Source: a virus (taxonomy: Duplodnaviria; Caudoviricetes). From it: a DNA stretch of 64,000 bases. Positions within the stretch are counted from its first letter, which is position 1, and the number at the start of each line of letters is the position of its first letter. Position numbers and translations under genes: made by a program. Below, piece by piece: positions 24,610 to 36,900 of this stretch. The notes under the pieces are model-generated. The model was not told the DNA's origin. It was given only the letters and a program-made list of their open reading frames with translations, and searched no databases. The stretch lies in the IMG/VR virus record IMGVR_UViG_3300021425_002620, one strand, 5' to 3'.

Positions 24610-27011
24610 TGTCAGGCGAAAGTAGAAGAACAAATAGAGAAAAATTAGAACGTAGCATAGGACCCGGTCCGTATGAAGCAGTTGTAGTTAGTAACCTTGA
24701 TCCACATTACATGGGCAGTTTAAAAGTAGACCTGCTTAAAAATACTAGTTCAGGTTCTATACCTAATAGATTAGGAACTAGTATTACTGTAAAATATCTA
24801 AGTCCGTTTTACGGAGTAACTAACCCTAATCATACAACTCCTAATGATGGTTATGCAAGTACGCAAAAAAGTTATGGCATGTGGTTTGTACCGCCTGATC
24901 CTGGTGCAAGAGTTTTAGTTATATTTGCCGAAGGTGATATATCGCAAGGTTATTGGATTGGTTGTGTACAAGACAAACACATGAACTTTATGGTTCCTGA
25001 TGGCCGAGCAAGTACAAGCATTACAACAAATGCAACTCCTGACAATGTACAAGGACTAAAATTACCTGTAGGTGAATACAATAAATTTATTGAAAAAGGC
25101 GAAGCAAGAGATCCTACAAAGTTTCCAAAGCCTTACAACAAAGATTTTACACAAGTTTTAGAGATACAAGGGCTTTTAAAAGACGAAAACAGAGGCACTA
25201 CTACATCGAGTGCAAGAAGAGAAGTACCGAGCAGTGTTTTTGGCATAAGCACACCAGGCCCTGTTGATAAGCGCGATGGCGCTTTAAGAGGACTAGCATC
25301 TGGACCAGGAAGTCAAAGTGTTTTTGTAAATAGACTCGGCGGGTCTAGTTTTGTAATGGACGATGGCGATAATTCTTTAGTACGCAAAACACATGCAAGT
25401 GAAGGTCCACCAGATTATGTAAATGTTGAAGCTGGTGAAGAAGGCGGAGATCGCACAATCTTACACAACGAGTTGATGCGTTTTAGAACAAGAACTGGCC
25501 ATCAAATTGTAATGCATAATTCAGAAGATTTTATTTACATTGGTAACGCTCGCGGAACTGCATGGGTAGAATTAACTAGTGACGGTAAAATTGATATTTA
25601 CGGTTCAGATAGTATTAGTATTCATAGTGATGCTGATATTAATTTAACTGCTGATAGAGATGTTAATATTGAAGGCGGTAGAAATGTTAATATAAGAGCA
25701 AGTGCAAGAGCAACTAACGGCCAAGACGAAAACGGCACAAGCGGAAACGTACAAATAGAAAGCAAGTATGATACAAACATACTTGTTGAACGTAACATGA
25801 AAACTGAAGTTTTTGGATATCAAGAAACAAAAGTAACAGGATATCAAAAAACATTAGTTGAAGGTGATATACATCATCATACAAATGCAAACATTTATGT
25901 ATTAGCAGATGCCCAAGGACATATTAGATCAGCAACCGACATGTTTATTAATACTGACACTAATCTAAATTTAGTAGGTAAAACATCATACCTAACATCA
26001 ACAGGCGGCGCAACTCATATTAATGCAACCGGAGGCAATGTTGAAATAGATGGTAGTTCGGATATTAACTTAAATAGTGGATCGTCTAGTGCAGGTTCAG
26101 CAGCAACAGATGCAGAGGATGCAACACCAGTAGTTCCATTGAATACGCATATTGTTCCTAAAGTAACACCAGGAACCGAAGTTTCGTCAGATGTTACATC
26201 TATAGTAAAACGCATGCCAAGTCACGAACCTTGGCCACATCATGAAAATTTAGATGCATTATCATTTAAACCGCAACAAACAGACGTTCTAAATGTGTAT
26301 CCTATTACTAGTCAAACTTTGAGATTTAATGCAGATACATTTAGAAAGAGTTTAAACACTTCAGGATTTGAAAATGGTGCTGGTAATGCAGCATCAACAG
26401 GAACAACAACAGCACAAAGCGGCACAACATCAGTAACTGGTAGTAGCTCAACAGGTTCAGCACCCCCTGCAAATTATTCAGCAGTTGGAGCATACGGAAA
26501 CTTGCTAGATGTTATTGGTAATGCAGAAAGTTCAGGGTATAATACTGTCTATAGTGGTTCAAGAATACAACCTTATAAACCAATTACACAAATGACAGTG
26601 CAAGAAGTATTAGATTGGCAAGATGAAAGTGTTGCAGCAGGGTCTGCAAGTAGTGCAGCAGGACGTTATCAATATATTAGAAGAACATTGCGCGGCCTAG
26701 TAGACGACGGAGTACTGTCACTAACAGATTTATTCAGTCCAGTAAACCAAGATAAACTTGCTACAGAATCTTTACGCCGTAGAGGACTTAATGACTTTAT
26801 TAGAGGTACAAAGTCTGAAGCATCGATGGCTAAATCAATTGCACAAGAATGGGCAAGTATGCCAGTTATTAATAGAACACAAGGAGCGAAACGTTTGGTC
26901 AATCCAGGCGAAAGTTACTATTCAGGCGATGGTCTAAATAAATCATTAATATCAACAACTGAACTAGTAGCAGCACTAAGAAACACTAAACAAACTGGGC
27001 AACTTGTTTAA
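24609..27011 (+). CDS. gp5: Baseplate spike gp5-like: OB fold, beta-helix, C-terminal lysozyme-like domain
   Basis: N-terminal GMWFVPPD.G..VLV.F.EGD, RTRTGHQI..H and beta-helix repeats; C-terminal IGNAES, AAGRYQ, QDKLA and AQEWASMP. Confidence 0.85.
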   Translation: MSGESRRTNREKLERSIGPGPYEAVVVSNLDPHYMGSLKVDLLKNTSSGSIPNRLGTSITVKYLSPFYGVTNPNHTTPNDGYASTQKSYGMWFVPPDPGARVLVIFAEGDISQGYWIGCVQDKHMNFMVPDGRASTSITTNATPDNVQGLKLPVGEYNKFIEKGEARDPTKFPKPYNKDFTQVLEIQGLLKDENRGTTTSSARREVPSSVFGISTPGPVDKRDGALRGLASGPGSQSVFVNRLGGSSFVMDDGDNSLVRKTHASEGPPDYVNVEAGEEGGDRTILHNELMRFRTRTGHQIVMHNSEDFIYIGNARGTAWVELTSDGKIDIYGSDSISIHSDADINLTADRDVNIEGGRNVNIRASARATNGQDENGTSGNVQIESKYDTNILVERNMKTEVFGYQETKVTGYQKTLVEGDIHHHTNANIYVLADAQGHIRSATDMFINTDTNLNLVGKTSYLTSTGGATHINATGGNVEIDGSSDINLNSGSSSAGSAATDAEDATPVVPLNTHIVPKVTPGTEVSSDVTSIVKRMPSHEPWPHHENLDALSFKPQQTDVLNVYPITSQTLRFNADTFRKSLNTSGFENGAGNAASTGTTTAQSGTTSVTGSSSTGSAPPANYSAVGAYGNLLDVIGNAESSGYNTVYSGSRIQPYKPITQMTVQEVLDWQDESVAAGSASSAAGRYQYIRRTLRGLVDDGVLSLTDLFSPVNQDKLATESLRRRGLNDFIRGTKSEASMAKSIAQEWASMPVINRTQGAKRLVNPGESYYSGDGLNKSLISTTELVAALRNTKQTGQLV

Positions 27012-27013
27012 GG

Positions 27014-27019
27014 TAAATA
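27014..27019 (+). promoter_or_regulatory. Late promoter TAAATA, 4 nt before the gp25 ATG
   Basis: GTAAATAC between the gp5 stop and the gp25 start. Confidence 0.6.
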
Positions 27020-27023
27020 CGAT

Positions 27024-27470
27024 ATGAGCACTTTAGAGAAAAATTTATATAAGCGTGTAGTTGTTGATACTCCACAAAGTCAACAAAAGCCACAGTCATC
27101 TGCTACATATCGCTCAATCAGCACAGTTAATCCAGAAAATGACAGTGTTAAATTATATGACATTGCAGTTATTAAACAAGATATTATAAATCATTTTCAT
27201 ATACGACAAGGTGAAAAACTAGAACAACCAGAATTTGGAACAATTATTTGGGACGTTATTTTTGAACCATTAACAGAAAGTCTCAAAGCAGCTATTGTTG
27301 AAAATGTAGAAGATATTATCAATTACGATCCAAGAGTACAAGCTGATCAAGTAATAGTAGATGAATACGAAAGCGGAATACAAATAGAATGTGTGTTAGT
27401 TTACTTAAATTACAGCATAGCAGAAACTATGCGTTTACAGTTTGATCAAAACAACGGATTACTTTCCTAA
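27024..27470 (+). CDS. gp25: Baseplate wedge subunit gp25
   Basis: Motif IKQDIINHF.IRQGEK..PEFGT.IW..IFEP...I...DPRV. Confidence 0.9.
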   Translation: MSTLEKNLYKRVVVDTPQSQQKPQSSATYRSISTVNPENDSVKLYDIAVIKQDIINHFHIRQGEKLEQPEFGTIIWDVIFEPLTESLKAAIVENVEDIINYDPRVQADQVIVDEYESGIQIECVLVYLNYSIAETMRLQFDQNNGLLS

Positions 27471-27496
27471 GTTATATACGCACATTTTAATTTTAA

Positions 27497-27502
27497 TAAA
27501 TA
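27497..27502 (+). promoter_or_regulatory. Late promoter TAAATA for gp6
   Basis: ATAAATAC followed by a GAGG SD. Confidence 0.7.
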
Positions 27503-27522
27503 CATTATAACGAGGAAAGCAC

Positions 27523-30500
27523 ATGTCAGCAACAGATAGACAGAATAGATTACTAGTTGCGGAAGATTGGAAACGAGTATACCAAACTTTCCGTAATGCA
27601 GATTTTCAATCTTATGACTTCGACAATCTACGTCGAACAATGATCAATTACCTTAGGACTAACTATCCTGAAGACTTTAACGATTACATCGAAAGCAGTG
27701 AATATCTAGCACTAATTGACCTTATTGCTTTCCTTGGCCAAAACCTTGCTTTCCGTATCGACCTAAATGCTAGAGAAAACTTCCTTGAACTTGCAGAGCG
27801 TAGAGAAAGCGTACTACGCCTAGCACGTTTGCTTAATTACAATCCTCGTAGAAATCAAGCAGCAAACGGACTATTAAAATTTACAAGTGTTAGTACAACT
27901 GAAGATATAATAGATTCTAATGGTAGAAATTTACAAGGTCAAACAATTTTATGGAATGATAGTACTAATACAAATTGGTATGAACAGTTCATTAAAGTTT
28001 TAAACACTGCACTTCCTGTAAATGGAGTGTTTGGCCGTCCAAATAAAAAAGATACAGTTGCTGGTATTATTACAGAGCAATATAGGGTAAATGGTACAAA
28101 CACAGATGTACCGGTTTTTAGTTTTGACAAGCCTGTAGAAGGCAGAAGTACATCCTTTGAAATTGTTTCAACAGACGTTGACGATGGAAATATACAAGAA
28201 GAACCACCAATTCCTGGAAACAACTTTGCATTTATTTACAGAGACGATGCACAAGGACCAGGTAGTTCAAATTCTGGCTTTTTTGCTCACTTTAGACAAG
28301 GTCGTTTAGAAAACGGTCAATTTGATATTACACAGCCTGTTCCAAATCAATCAGTTGCTATTGATGCAACTAATATTAATGATTCAGATGTGTGGCTTTA
28401 TAAATTAGATTCAAATAATAACGAAGCAGACTTTTGGACAAAGGTAGAGGCAGTTGAAGGTAATAATGTTATCTATAATAGTATTAATAAAAAGATTAGA
28501 GATATCTATAGCGTTCTAACAAGAATAGATGATAGGATTAATATAATATTTTCAGATGGTGTTTTTGGAAATTTGCCAAAAGGATCTTTTAGGGTATATT
28601 ACAGAATAAGCGAAAACAGAGGAATGGTAATTACTCCTACTGCTTTAACAAATATCTCAATAACAATTCCATATCTAAGCAAATCAGGCAGAGTTCAAGA
28701 GCTAACAATAACAATGAGCTTACAAACTTCTGTATCTAATAGTGCAGCAAGTGAAAGCAATTTAAGTATTAAACAAAATGCGCCAGCAACATACTATACA
28801 CAGAATAGAATGATTACAGGTGAAGATTATAATGTTGCACCATTAGGAATAAGTCAAGACATTGTAAAAGTTAAAAGTGTTAATAGAATTGCTAGTGGAA
28901 TATCAAGATATTTTGATTTAATCGATTCAACTGGAAAATATTCCAGCACTAATTTATATGGTAACGACGGCATAATTTACAAAGAATATACTACTGATAA
29001 AACAAGTTTTACATTCCAAACTCAAACAGACATTGAAGGTGTTATTATTAATAGACTAGAGCCTATTTTAGATAATAGGCGAGTAAGACATTTTTATTTA
29101 GATCAGTTTACTCAAATTCTGACTTTAGACTTAGGAGTATATTGGAAATCTGTAAGTGAAAATACTAATACATATACAGGATTTTTTGAAGATGTTGATG
29201 GACAAGGCTTTAATGTTGGTTCGTTTACATCTAACACACTTCGTTATGTTGAAGCAGGAACTGCTGTAAAATTTGTTGCACCTGAAGGTAAAATATTTTC
29301 ATCAGACAACACTTTAGTAAATGAAACTTCAACTGGTTATTACGGAATTAAAAAATATATTTGGACTAAGGTACTTGCTGTTGCTGGCAACGGTTTAACA
29401 ACAAACTTATCAACTACAACAGGACCGATTGCACTTGCTGACAAAATACCAGAAGGAGCAATACTAGCAGAAGTTAGACCAAGACTTGCTAATAGTCTTC
29501 TTGACGATGTTAAGATTGAAATGATAGATCAAATTTTTGCATATAACAATTTTGGTTTACGATACGACGATACTACACAAACTTGGAGAGTTATTAAAGC
29601 ATCTAATCTTGATCAAGTAAGTCCGTTTAGCAATGGCTTTGCTGGCGATAATTCAAATGCAAATATTGATGCTAGTTGGTTAATTTTATTTGAAACTAAT
29701 GGCGAAACATATACTATTACTTACAGAGGACTACGATATGTATTTGAAAGCGATAGTGAAATAAGATTCTATTACGATAGTAGTGATAAAATTTATGACT
29801 CAAGAACTGGAAGAATAGTTAAAGATAAAATTTCAATTTTAAATATCAATCCACAACCTTTTTCAACTCAAGCATATACTCAAGATTATAACTGGGAAGT
29901 TATGCAAGAATATAGAGACAAAGAAGGTTATGTAGATAGTACAAAAATAGAAGTTACTTTTAAAGATGAAGACGAAGATGGCGTAATTGACGATCCTCAA
30001 ATTTTTACAGAGTCTGTTGATCCTAATCAATATGTTATTTTAGAAAAGTATAGAACAGAAGCTGGTACAGACGATTACAGATATATTAATTACAAAGAGA
30101 AAAATATTAGTTTAGTAAGTGTAGCAAAAACTATTGCAGACAATCCAGACTTTGAAACTTTACAGCCTTTAAGTTCTTATGTAGATGGTAAAATAATTTA
30201 TTTTGTAGATGGCGACTATTTTAGACAAGTTGATGCTAGTATTCCTGAATTAGTACCTGTAACAGGTTATAAAGCGTTTAATGGTCGAAGCGACCTTAAA
30301 TTCCATTATGTACATGTAGCAGATTATAATGCTAGAATAGATCCAAGTGCAAGTAACTTAATTGACGTTTATATGTTAACTAAAAACTATGATAGAAATT
30401 ATAGACTATTTTTAGATAACCAACTTCCAACAGCACCATTACCTCCGTCGCCTGACGAGTTATTTAGAAGCTATGGTGCTGCACTTAATAAAATAAAAAG

Positions 30501-30957
30501 CATTAGTGATGAAGTAATTTATCATCCTGTAAAATATAAGCCGCTATTTGGCCAACAAGCTACAAGCGATTTACAGTGTGTGTTTAAAATAGTTAAAAAT
30601 CCTGATCAAGTAATTAATGACAGTGATCTTAAAACTAGAAGTATAGAAGCAATAAATCAGTATTTTGCTTTAGAAAATTGGGATTTTGGAGATACATTTT
30701 ATTTCCAAGAATTGGCAACATATGTAATGAATAGACTAGCACCAGATCTAGTAACATTTGTTATTGTTCCAAAGCAACCAACACAAGCGTTTGGTAGTTT
30801 ATTTGAAATACGTTCAGAGTCAGATGAGATTTTTATTAATTCTGCAACTGTAGCAGATATTGATATTATTAATGAAGTTACTGCAAGTAGATTATCGTCT
30901 ACAGGAAATGTAGTTACAGCAACAAATACGCAAAACATTGGTTTGCAGAGTAGTTAA
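27523..30957 (+). CDS. gp6: Baseplate wedge subunit gp6-like (1144 aa)
   Basis: Motifs DFD.LR..MINYL...YPE.FNDY.ESSE, A.RRESVLRLA..L.YNP.R and QNRM.T.EDY; C-terminal WDFG.TFY..EL. Confidence 0.88.
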   Translation: MSATDRQNRLLVAEDWKRVYQTFRNADFQSYDFDNLRRTMINYLRTNYPEDFNDYIESSEYLALIDLIAFLGQNLAFRIDLNARENFLELAERRESVLRLARLLNYNPRRNQAANGLLKFTSVSTTEDIIDSNGRNLQGQTILWNDSTNTNWYEQFIKVLNTALPVNGVFGRPNKKDTVAGIITEQYRVNGTNTDVPVFSFDKPVEGRSTSFEIVSTDVDDGNIQEEPPIPGNNFAFIYRDDAQGPGSSNSGFFAHFRQGRLENGQFDITQPVPNQSVAIDATNINDSDVWLYKLDSNNNEADFWTKVEAVEGNNVIYNSINKKIRDIYSVLTRIDDRINIIFSDGVFGNLPKGSFRVYYRISENRGMVITPTALTNISITIPYLSKSGRVQELTITMSLQTSVSNSAASESNLSIKQNAPATYYTQNRMITGEDYNVAPLGISQDIVKVKSVNRIASGISRYFDLIDSTGKYSSTNLYGNDGIIYKEYTTDKTSFTFQTQTDIEGVIINRLEPILDNRRVRHFYLDQFTQILTLDLGVYWKSVSENTNTYTGFFEDVDGQGFNVGSFTSNTLRYVEAGTAVKFVAPEGKIFSSDNTLVNETSTGYYGIKKYIWTKVLAVAGNGLTTNLSTTTGPIALADKIPEGAILAEVRPRLANSLLDDVKIEMIDQIFAYNNFGLRYDDTTQTWRVIKASNLDQVSPFSNGFAGDNSNANIDASWLILFETNGETYTITYRGLRYVFESDSEIRFYYDSSDKIYDSRTGRIVKDKISILNINPQPFSTQAYTQDYNWEVMQEYRDKEGYVDSTKIEVTFKDEDEDGVIDDPQIFTESVDPNQYVILEKYRTEAGTDDYRYINYKEKNISLVSVAKTIADNPDFETLQPLSSYVDGKIIYFVDGDYFRQVDASIPELVPVTGYKAFNGRSDLKFHYVHVADYNARIDPSASNLIDVYMLTKNYDRNYRLFLDNQLPTAPLPPSPDELFRSYGAALNKIKSISDEVIYHPVKYKPLFGQQATSDLQCVFKIVKNPDQVINDSDLKTRSIEAINQYFALENWDFGDTFYFQELATYVMNRLAPDLVTFVIVPKQPTQAFGSLFEIRSESDEIFINSATVADIDIINEVTASRLSSTGNVVTATNTQNIGLQSS

Positions 30958-30971
30958 GGAATTTTTAAGTA

Positions 30972-33900
30972 ATGGCAAATAACGAAGATGCAGCTCTACC
31001 AGTAGGCGGTAATGCAAAAAGAAAAAGTGTAAATCTTTTACCAAAGTACTTTAGAACCGATACTAATGAGAAAATTTTATCAAGTACAGTTGATCAGTTG
31101 TTCCAAGCCGGAACAACTGAAAAGATTACTGGTTATCTTGGTAGAAAAACTGCAAAAGCATATAGAGCCAAAGATACTTACATTGAAGATGTAAGTGTAC
31201 AAAGACAAAATAGACAGTTTGAACCTGCAACGGTAATCACAGATGATTTAGGAAATGTTAATTTCTACGGCGATTATCCGGACTATGTAAATCAAATAAA
31301 AAATCTAAGCGGTAACAATGAAAATCAAAACTTGTTATCATCTCAAGAATTTTATGCTTGGAATCCAAATATTGATTGGGATAAGTTTGTAAACTTTAGA
31401 GAATACTATTGGATGCCAAACGGTCCTCAAACAGTAAATATTTTTGGTACTAGTGATAGTGAAATAAGTGAATTTACTGTTACTACAGAAGTACAAGACG
31501 ATAATACAGTTTATAAGTTTGATCCTCCAGGGTTTACTGCAAATCCTTCATTAACTTTTTATAGAGGTCAAACTTATAAGTTTAAAGTACGCTGTAAAGG
31601 ACATCCTATATCGTTTACAACTAATAGAAAGTTTAATGACGCTGAGTTTAAGTTAGTACAAGATAGTGAAGGAAACTATATTGTAATGACACCATCAAAC
31701 GGTGAAATTAGATCTACTAATATTAGAACTCCAAAGAATAATTTAAGAGTTCCTGGCGTATATCAAATTACAGATTTTGTTACTACACAAGATGGAGAAT
31801 TAGCAACCTTTGAAGTAACTATTACTGAAGACGGAAATGTTAGTAGTGTTAGAGTAATAGAAGGCGGCCAAAACTTTATTGTAGGAGAAGTAGTTACATT
31901 TTTTGATTCTGATTTAGGAGACGGTGGAGCACCTAATGTTAGAATAGAAGTTACTAGTGTATACAATAATGCAACAAGTACTAGTAATAGATACGTTGAC
32001 GGAATTAAAGCATTTGATGTTGATAATAACGAAATACCACCTATTAATATAGAAGAAGGTACTATAGAATTTACAGTTCCGTTTAATGCACCAGAAAACT
32101 TGTATTACGTTAGTAGTACAAGCATCAATACAAGTGGTTTTATTAAAGTTTTTGATATTGTTGAAAATACAAGTATCGACGTTAATGAAATTATTGGTAA
32201 AAGATATTATAAAAGTGCTAATGGTGTAGAACTTTCTAATGGTTTAAAAATTAACTTTTTAGGTAATGTAACACCTGCAGAATATTCTAACAGTGAATAT
32301 TATGTTGAAGGTGTCGGCGAGTCAATTCGTTTAGTCGATGAAAGAAATTTAGTTATTCCTGCGTCATATACTGGAGATGTATTAGTACCATTTGACTCTG
32401 AACCATTTGACCGTAGACCATTTGGTAATGCTAGTGCATATGCTGGAACTAAAGATTATATTGTAGTTAACAGAGCTAGTTTAGATAGAAATGCATGGTC
32501 GCGCTATAATAGATGGTTCCATAAAGATATAATAGAAAAAAGTGCAAAGTATAATAATCAAGAAGTTGTAATAGATTTAAGTGAACGTGCAAGTCGTCCA
32601 ATTATTGAATTTGAAGCAGGGCTTAAATTATTTAATTATGGTATAAATTCAAAACACGATGTTGATCTAATTGATACAATTACAACAGATGCTTTTAGTA
32701 CTATTGAAAAAACAACCGGGTATAATATTGACGGCGTGTCAATTGCAAACGGAATGCGTATTTTGTTTACAGCTGACACTGACAAACGTGTAAACAATAA
32801 AATATATGAAGTTAAAATAATTAGATTTGATAATGAAAATGTTATTAGCTTGTTAGAAGTTGAAGATTCAGAACCAGTATTAAATGAAACTGTTCTAGTT
32901 AAGAATGGAACAGATAATGCCGGACTAATTTATTATTTTAACGGAACAGGATGGCATTTAGCACAAGAAAAAACACAACCTAATCAGCCACCGTTGTTTG
33001 ATTTGTTTGACCATTCTGGTACTAGTTTTGCAGATACCATTCAATATCCCGACTCTACATTTAGAGGCACTAAAATCTTTAATTATAAAGTGAGCGAAGT
33101 TGAAGCACCTGATGCAGAATTAGGGTTTGGACTATCTTATAAAAACATTGAAAATTTAGGAGATATACTTTTTGAATTTCCTTTAGTTACTGAACAAATA
33201 CAATATAGCTTAGATAATCAAATTTTAACTTATAATTTAGAAGCAGGATTTTTAAAGAAATATAATTCTGTTACAGAATTTGTTTATCAAAATGGTTGGA
33301 CATCAGCTAATAAATTAAGTGAACAGGCTGCTATAATGCAGTATATTTCGCTTGGCACTGACAATGAAGAATTTGACATTAATGTTTTTACAAGCATTCA
33401 TGATAGAATTATTGTTTTTGTTAATAATGATATCAAATATGAAAACACAGATTATACAATATCTGATGATAGAAAACTACAATTTACAAATAATTTAAAT
33501 GTTGATGATAATATTGTTATTAAATTATACAGCAAAGAAGCAATAGTAAATCCAAATGCATATTATGAAATTGCAAGTAACATAGAACGAAATCCGTTAA
33601 ATGAAAATCCAGATTCATTTACACTAGGTGAAGTTTTAGATCATGTAAACACAATACAAGAAAATTTAAGTATTTTAGAACAAAAACCTTTAAGAGATTA
33701 TGGAGATGTAGATCAGTATGGTAGAAGATTTGTTAAGCATAGTGGTCCTATTAACTTAGCACTATACCATGTTGTAGACAAAGAAGCAAATATTGTTAAA
33801 GCACTTAGATTTTCAAAAAATGAATATGCAAAATTTAAAAGACAGTTTTTACAAACTGCTTCAGATTTAGGATTTGACGGACCGGTTAAATTACATGTAG

Positions 33901-36900
33901 ATAAAGTTCTACAAAAAATGATGTCTGAAAAAACTGAAGGAATGCCATTTTATTTCTCAGATATGGCACCATACAGATCGGATAGTAGAATATCTTATGT
34001 AGTTCAGCCTAGTTCTAGTAAATTTTTTGCATTATCTAAACTATTTAATTTAGACTCATTGAGCGAGCAAGCCGTATTAGTTTATCACAACGGAAATCAA
34101 TTAATACACGATAAAGATTATGTTTTTACAGATGAAGGGTTTGTAAAAATTAATATTGATTTAGTCAACGGTGACGAAATTGATATTTACGAATATGAAT
34201 CTACAGACGGGTGTTATATTCCTGCAACACCTACTAAGTTAGGATTGTACCCTGCTTATCATCCAGTAAAATATCTAGATACTACAACAGCCCTTAACAG
34301 AGAAGTAATACAGGGCCACGATGGAAGTATTATAGTTGCATTTGGAGATTTTCGAGACAACTTAATTTTAGACTTAGAAAAACGAATTTTTAACAATATA
34401 AAACAAAAGTACAACAAAGATATTTTTGATATAAACGATTTTGTTGGCGGCGTTTCAAGGAATACTGGATTTACCAGGCAACAAATTAACAGTGCTATGG
34501 CAGCAGACTTTGTTCAGTGGAATGATATAGCAGGCGGCCTTGATTATTCTAATATTGATTTTTGGACGCAAACTAACAGATTTACATTTAATTTTGCTTC
34601 TATGAATGCACCAACTGGAGCAACCTTACCAGGTTTTTGGAGAGGTGTATATAAAGAAGCATACGATACAGATCGTCCTCATACACATCCTTGGGAAATG
34701 CTAGGGTTTACAATAGAACCAACTTGGTGGGTTGAAGTATATGGCCCAGCACCTTATACTAACTCAAATTTAGTAATGTGGGAAGATATAGAAAAAGGTA
34801 TTATTAAAAATCCTAATTCACAACCTGTTGTCGAATCTAAATATAAAAGACCGGGATTGTTAAATAACCTTCCTGTGGATAGCCAGGGTCGACTGGTTGA
34901 TCCTTTAACTAGTAACTATGCTAAAAATTATATACAATCAAACACTAGAAATCAATTTACTTATGGCGATCATAGTCCAGTTGAAACGGCATGGAGACAA
35001 AGTTCAGAATATCCGTTTGCGTTAATTACATCTTGGATACTTAATCAACCTGCAAAAGTGCTAGGTATTGGTTATGATATTTCAAGAATTAAACGTAACT
35101 TAGTAGGACATTTAGTGTATACTGAAAGTAATACACCAATAAGAACTACAGATTTAGTATTTCCAAATACGTATAATGATAACGAGAGAGTATTAAGTAG
35201 CGGCTTAGTTAACTATGTTTACAACTATCTAGCAACTAATATCGATGTTACATGGAAATCATATATTGAAAACATAAAATTAATTGACAATAAACTTTCT
35301 ATTAAAGTTGGCGGTTATACAGAAAAAGAAAAATTTAAATTAATATTAGATTCAAGAACACCTTTAAATGAAGGTAATGTTTTTGTACCCGAAGAAAATT
35401 ATCAAATAATTTTAAACAAGAGTGCTCCAGTTACAACAGCAGTATTAAGTGGTGTAATTGTTGAAAAACGAGCTAATGGTTGGTCAATTTCTGGATACGA
35501 TAAAGAAAAAGCCTCTTTTGATTATTTCGAGCCTATTATTAGATCAACAGATCCTGTTATTAATGTTGGCGGAATAAGCGAAGAGTTTGTTGACTGGAAT
35601 TCTGGTAAACAATATGTTAAATCTCAAAATGTGCGTTTAGACGGATTTTTCTATAGATGTACAAGCAGTCATATTAGCGGAGCAACAATTGATCTTGATA
35701 AATTTGTTAAAATAGCAGAGTTGCCATTAGTTGGCGGTCGCGATGGTGTGCTAAGAAGAGCGTTTAGTTCTCGTGTATTAAATTACCCTTATGGCACAAC
35801 ATTAACAACAGTCCAAGATGTAGTAGACTTTTTATTGGGTTATGAAGCGTACTTAAAAGATCAAGGATTTATTTTTGATTATTTCAATAAAGAAACTGGT
35901 TCGATTGAAGATTGGACATTTAGTGTCAAAGAGTTTTTATTCTGGACTACACAAAATTGGGCCGTTAATAGTGTACTTACATTATCGCCTGGAGCACAGC
36001 AATTTAAGTTTTATAAAGACTTTACAGTTGTTGATGATATCTTTGATAAGTTCTATAATTATAGTGTAGTAAAAGCAGATGGCAAAAATTTACAAAGAAA
36101 CTTTACATCTATCGCTAGAGATTCAGAAAATCAATTTGGTTTATCGGTAAAAAATTCTGAAGATGGTATCTATGGTGTTAGACTACCTCTTGTACAAATT
36201 GAACATGTTATTTTGTTAGATAATGAAACAGTATTTAATGATGTAATTTATGATAGACCTGCTGGATATCGCCAAGAAAGAATTAAAGTCACGGGATATA
36301 GAAGTGACAATTGGACCGGCGGATTAAACATACCTGGATTTATTTACGATGAAGCAAAAGTAACTGATTGGGAATCTTGGAAAGATTATAGTGTAGGTTC
36401 TTTAGTTAAGTATAAAGAGTTTTATTATGTTTCAAAGACAGACTTAGCAGGCGTTGAAAATTTTGTTCCTGAAGATTGGGAGCGTTTAGACGAAAGACCA
36501 CAATCAAGACTTATTCCTAACTTTGACTATAGATCAATACAGTTTGCTGATTTTTACGATTTAGATAGTGACAATTTTGATGTTGAACAACAGAAACATG
36601 CACAGCATTTGATAGGATATCAAAAACGTCAATATCTTTCTAATATTATCAATGATGATGTAAGTCAATATAAATTCTATCAAGGTTTTATTCAAGATAA
36701 AGGTACAACCAATGCACTAACAAAACTTTTTGATGCACTTGGCAGCGACAACAAAGACAGTTTAGAGTTTTTTGAAGAATGGGCATTAAGAACTGGCCAG
36801 TATGGTGCTGTTGATAGTTACGAAGAAGTTGAATATATTATAGATGAAAATCAATTAAAAGTACAACCTCAAACAGTAGAATTAGTAAATGACTTAACTA

